Source of the DNA: Raillietiella orientalis
Lineage: Eukaryota
Assembly: GCA_036172245.1 (NCBI GenBank)
Contig: JAYWIR010000023.1
Location: forward strand, 1,364,001 to 1,428,000
DNA: 64,000 nucleotides
Direction: 5' to 3'
Made by a program: the position numbers and the translations under genes
Notes under the pieces: model-generated
Told to the model about the DNA's origin: nothing
The model's input: the letters and a program-made list of their open reading frames with translations, nothing else
Databases searched by the model: none
Shown: positions 63,401 to 64,000 of the stretch, piece by piece
Layout: each line of letters begins with the position of its first letter
Position numbering within the stretch: position 1 is the first letter of the stretch

Positions 63401-64000
63401 CTTGGAAGCTCTCCCACTGGAGAAAAGGAATCTGTGGTCTCTTTATGATTCTCTAGAGGATAATTGGAGCGCTTCGTGGATCTGCTTCCTGGAACAGGAA
63501 CTCTCAGCGTGCAGTTGAGGTAGCCTTTGCAATGTCTCTACTCCTTTTCCCTTCTTCCTCGCTTCCCCGTCTTGTGATGCGTCCATTAATCATCTCTCGG
63601 ACATACCTTGAAACTTGTCGTCATCGAAGGGGTTGTGTAGTCACCTCTTATTATGTTGCTCGTGGCTGATCATGTCTTCCTCTTCCTCGGTATGGAGGAT
63701 GGAGTGCAGGTGCTCCATCTTCCACCGGCGATGGCATATCCTGCTTCACCTGCTTCTTGCATCATTTGTTTGTCTACGCTAGGCTTCTTCCCTCAGTCCT
63801 TCGTCTGTGGTCCGCCACTTTGTTCCTGACTTCTGTTCTTCGAAACTCGTGTTTTTCTGCAGCTTCTTTCGCTCGTCTAGCCTTTGGGTCCAGTAGATGT
63901 CACTGCCATGCTGAACGTCGGATACATCTATAAGTCACTTCATCTTTTCAACGCGCAGGGGGGGGACCTCCAGTCTCCATAGAATTCGTCCGTGTAGTGC

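Noticed and set aside
1..64000. CRISPR arrays, operons or other prokaryotic systems; long ORFs such as 7972-8859 and 21533-22423 as genes
   Set aside because: There are no regularly spaced repeats or gene-dense organisation. The long ORFs are antisense or chance frames of GC-rich transposon remnants.

Overview
This is eukaryotic genomic DNA, most likely from an arthropod (judged from a decayed 28S rRNA fragment), and I found no intact protein-coding gene in it. The window is mostly old, frameshifted transposon remnants. (1) About 20 fragments on both strands belong to one diverse L1/Tx1-like non-LTR retrotransposon family. ORF1 carries paired CCHC knuckles and a possible C-terminal PHD finger. 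ORF2 carries an APE endonuclease, reverse transcriptase and a zf-RVT-type C-terminus. The 3' ends share a conserved hairpin (AATRA..YGCCCCGG-N5-CCGGGTG..AA) instead of a poly(A) tail. (2) Five headed copies and two fragments of a tRNA-headed SINE have a second B-box-like motif, a conserved core and an internal variable-number repeat. (3) A near-identical ~1.15 kb inverted duplication lies at 16.7-17.8 kb and 20.5-21.6 kb. (4) Other remnants are a 28S rRNA pseudogene, a GCN2/EIF2AK4 kinase pseudogene, a probable hAT transposase relic and a possible THAP relic. (5) An AT-rich fragment resembles the N-terminal PD-(D/E)xK-like domain of large Wolbachia/arthropod NACHT-ankyrin proteins. All calls come from manual reading and translation. 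Boundaries are approximate and no database searches were run.
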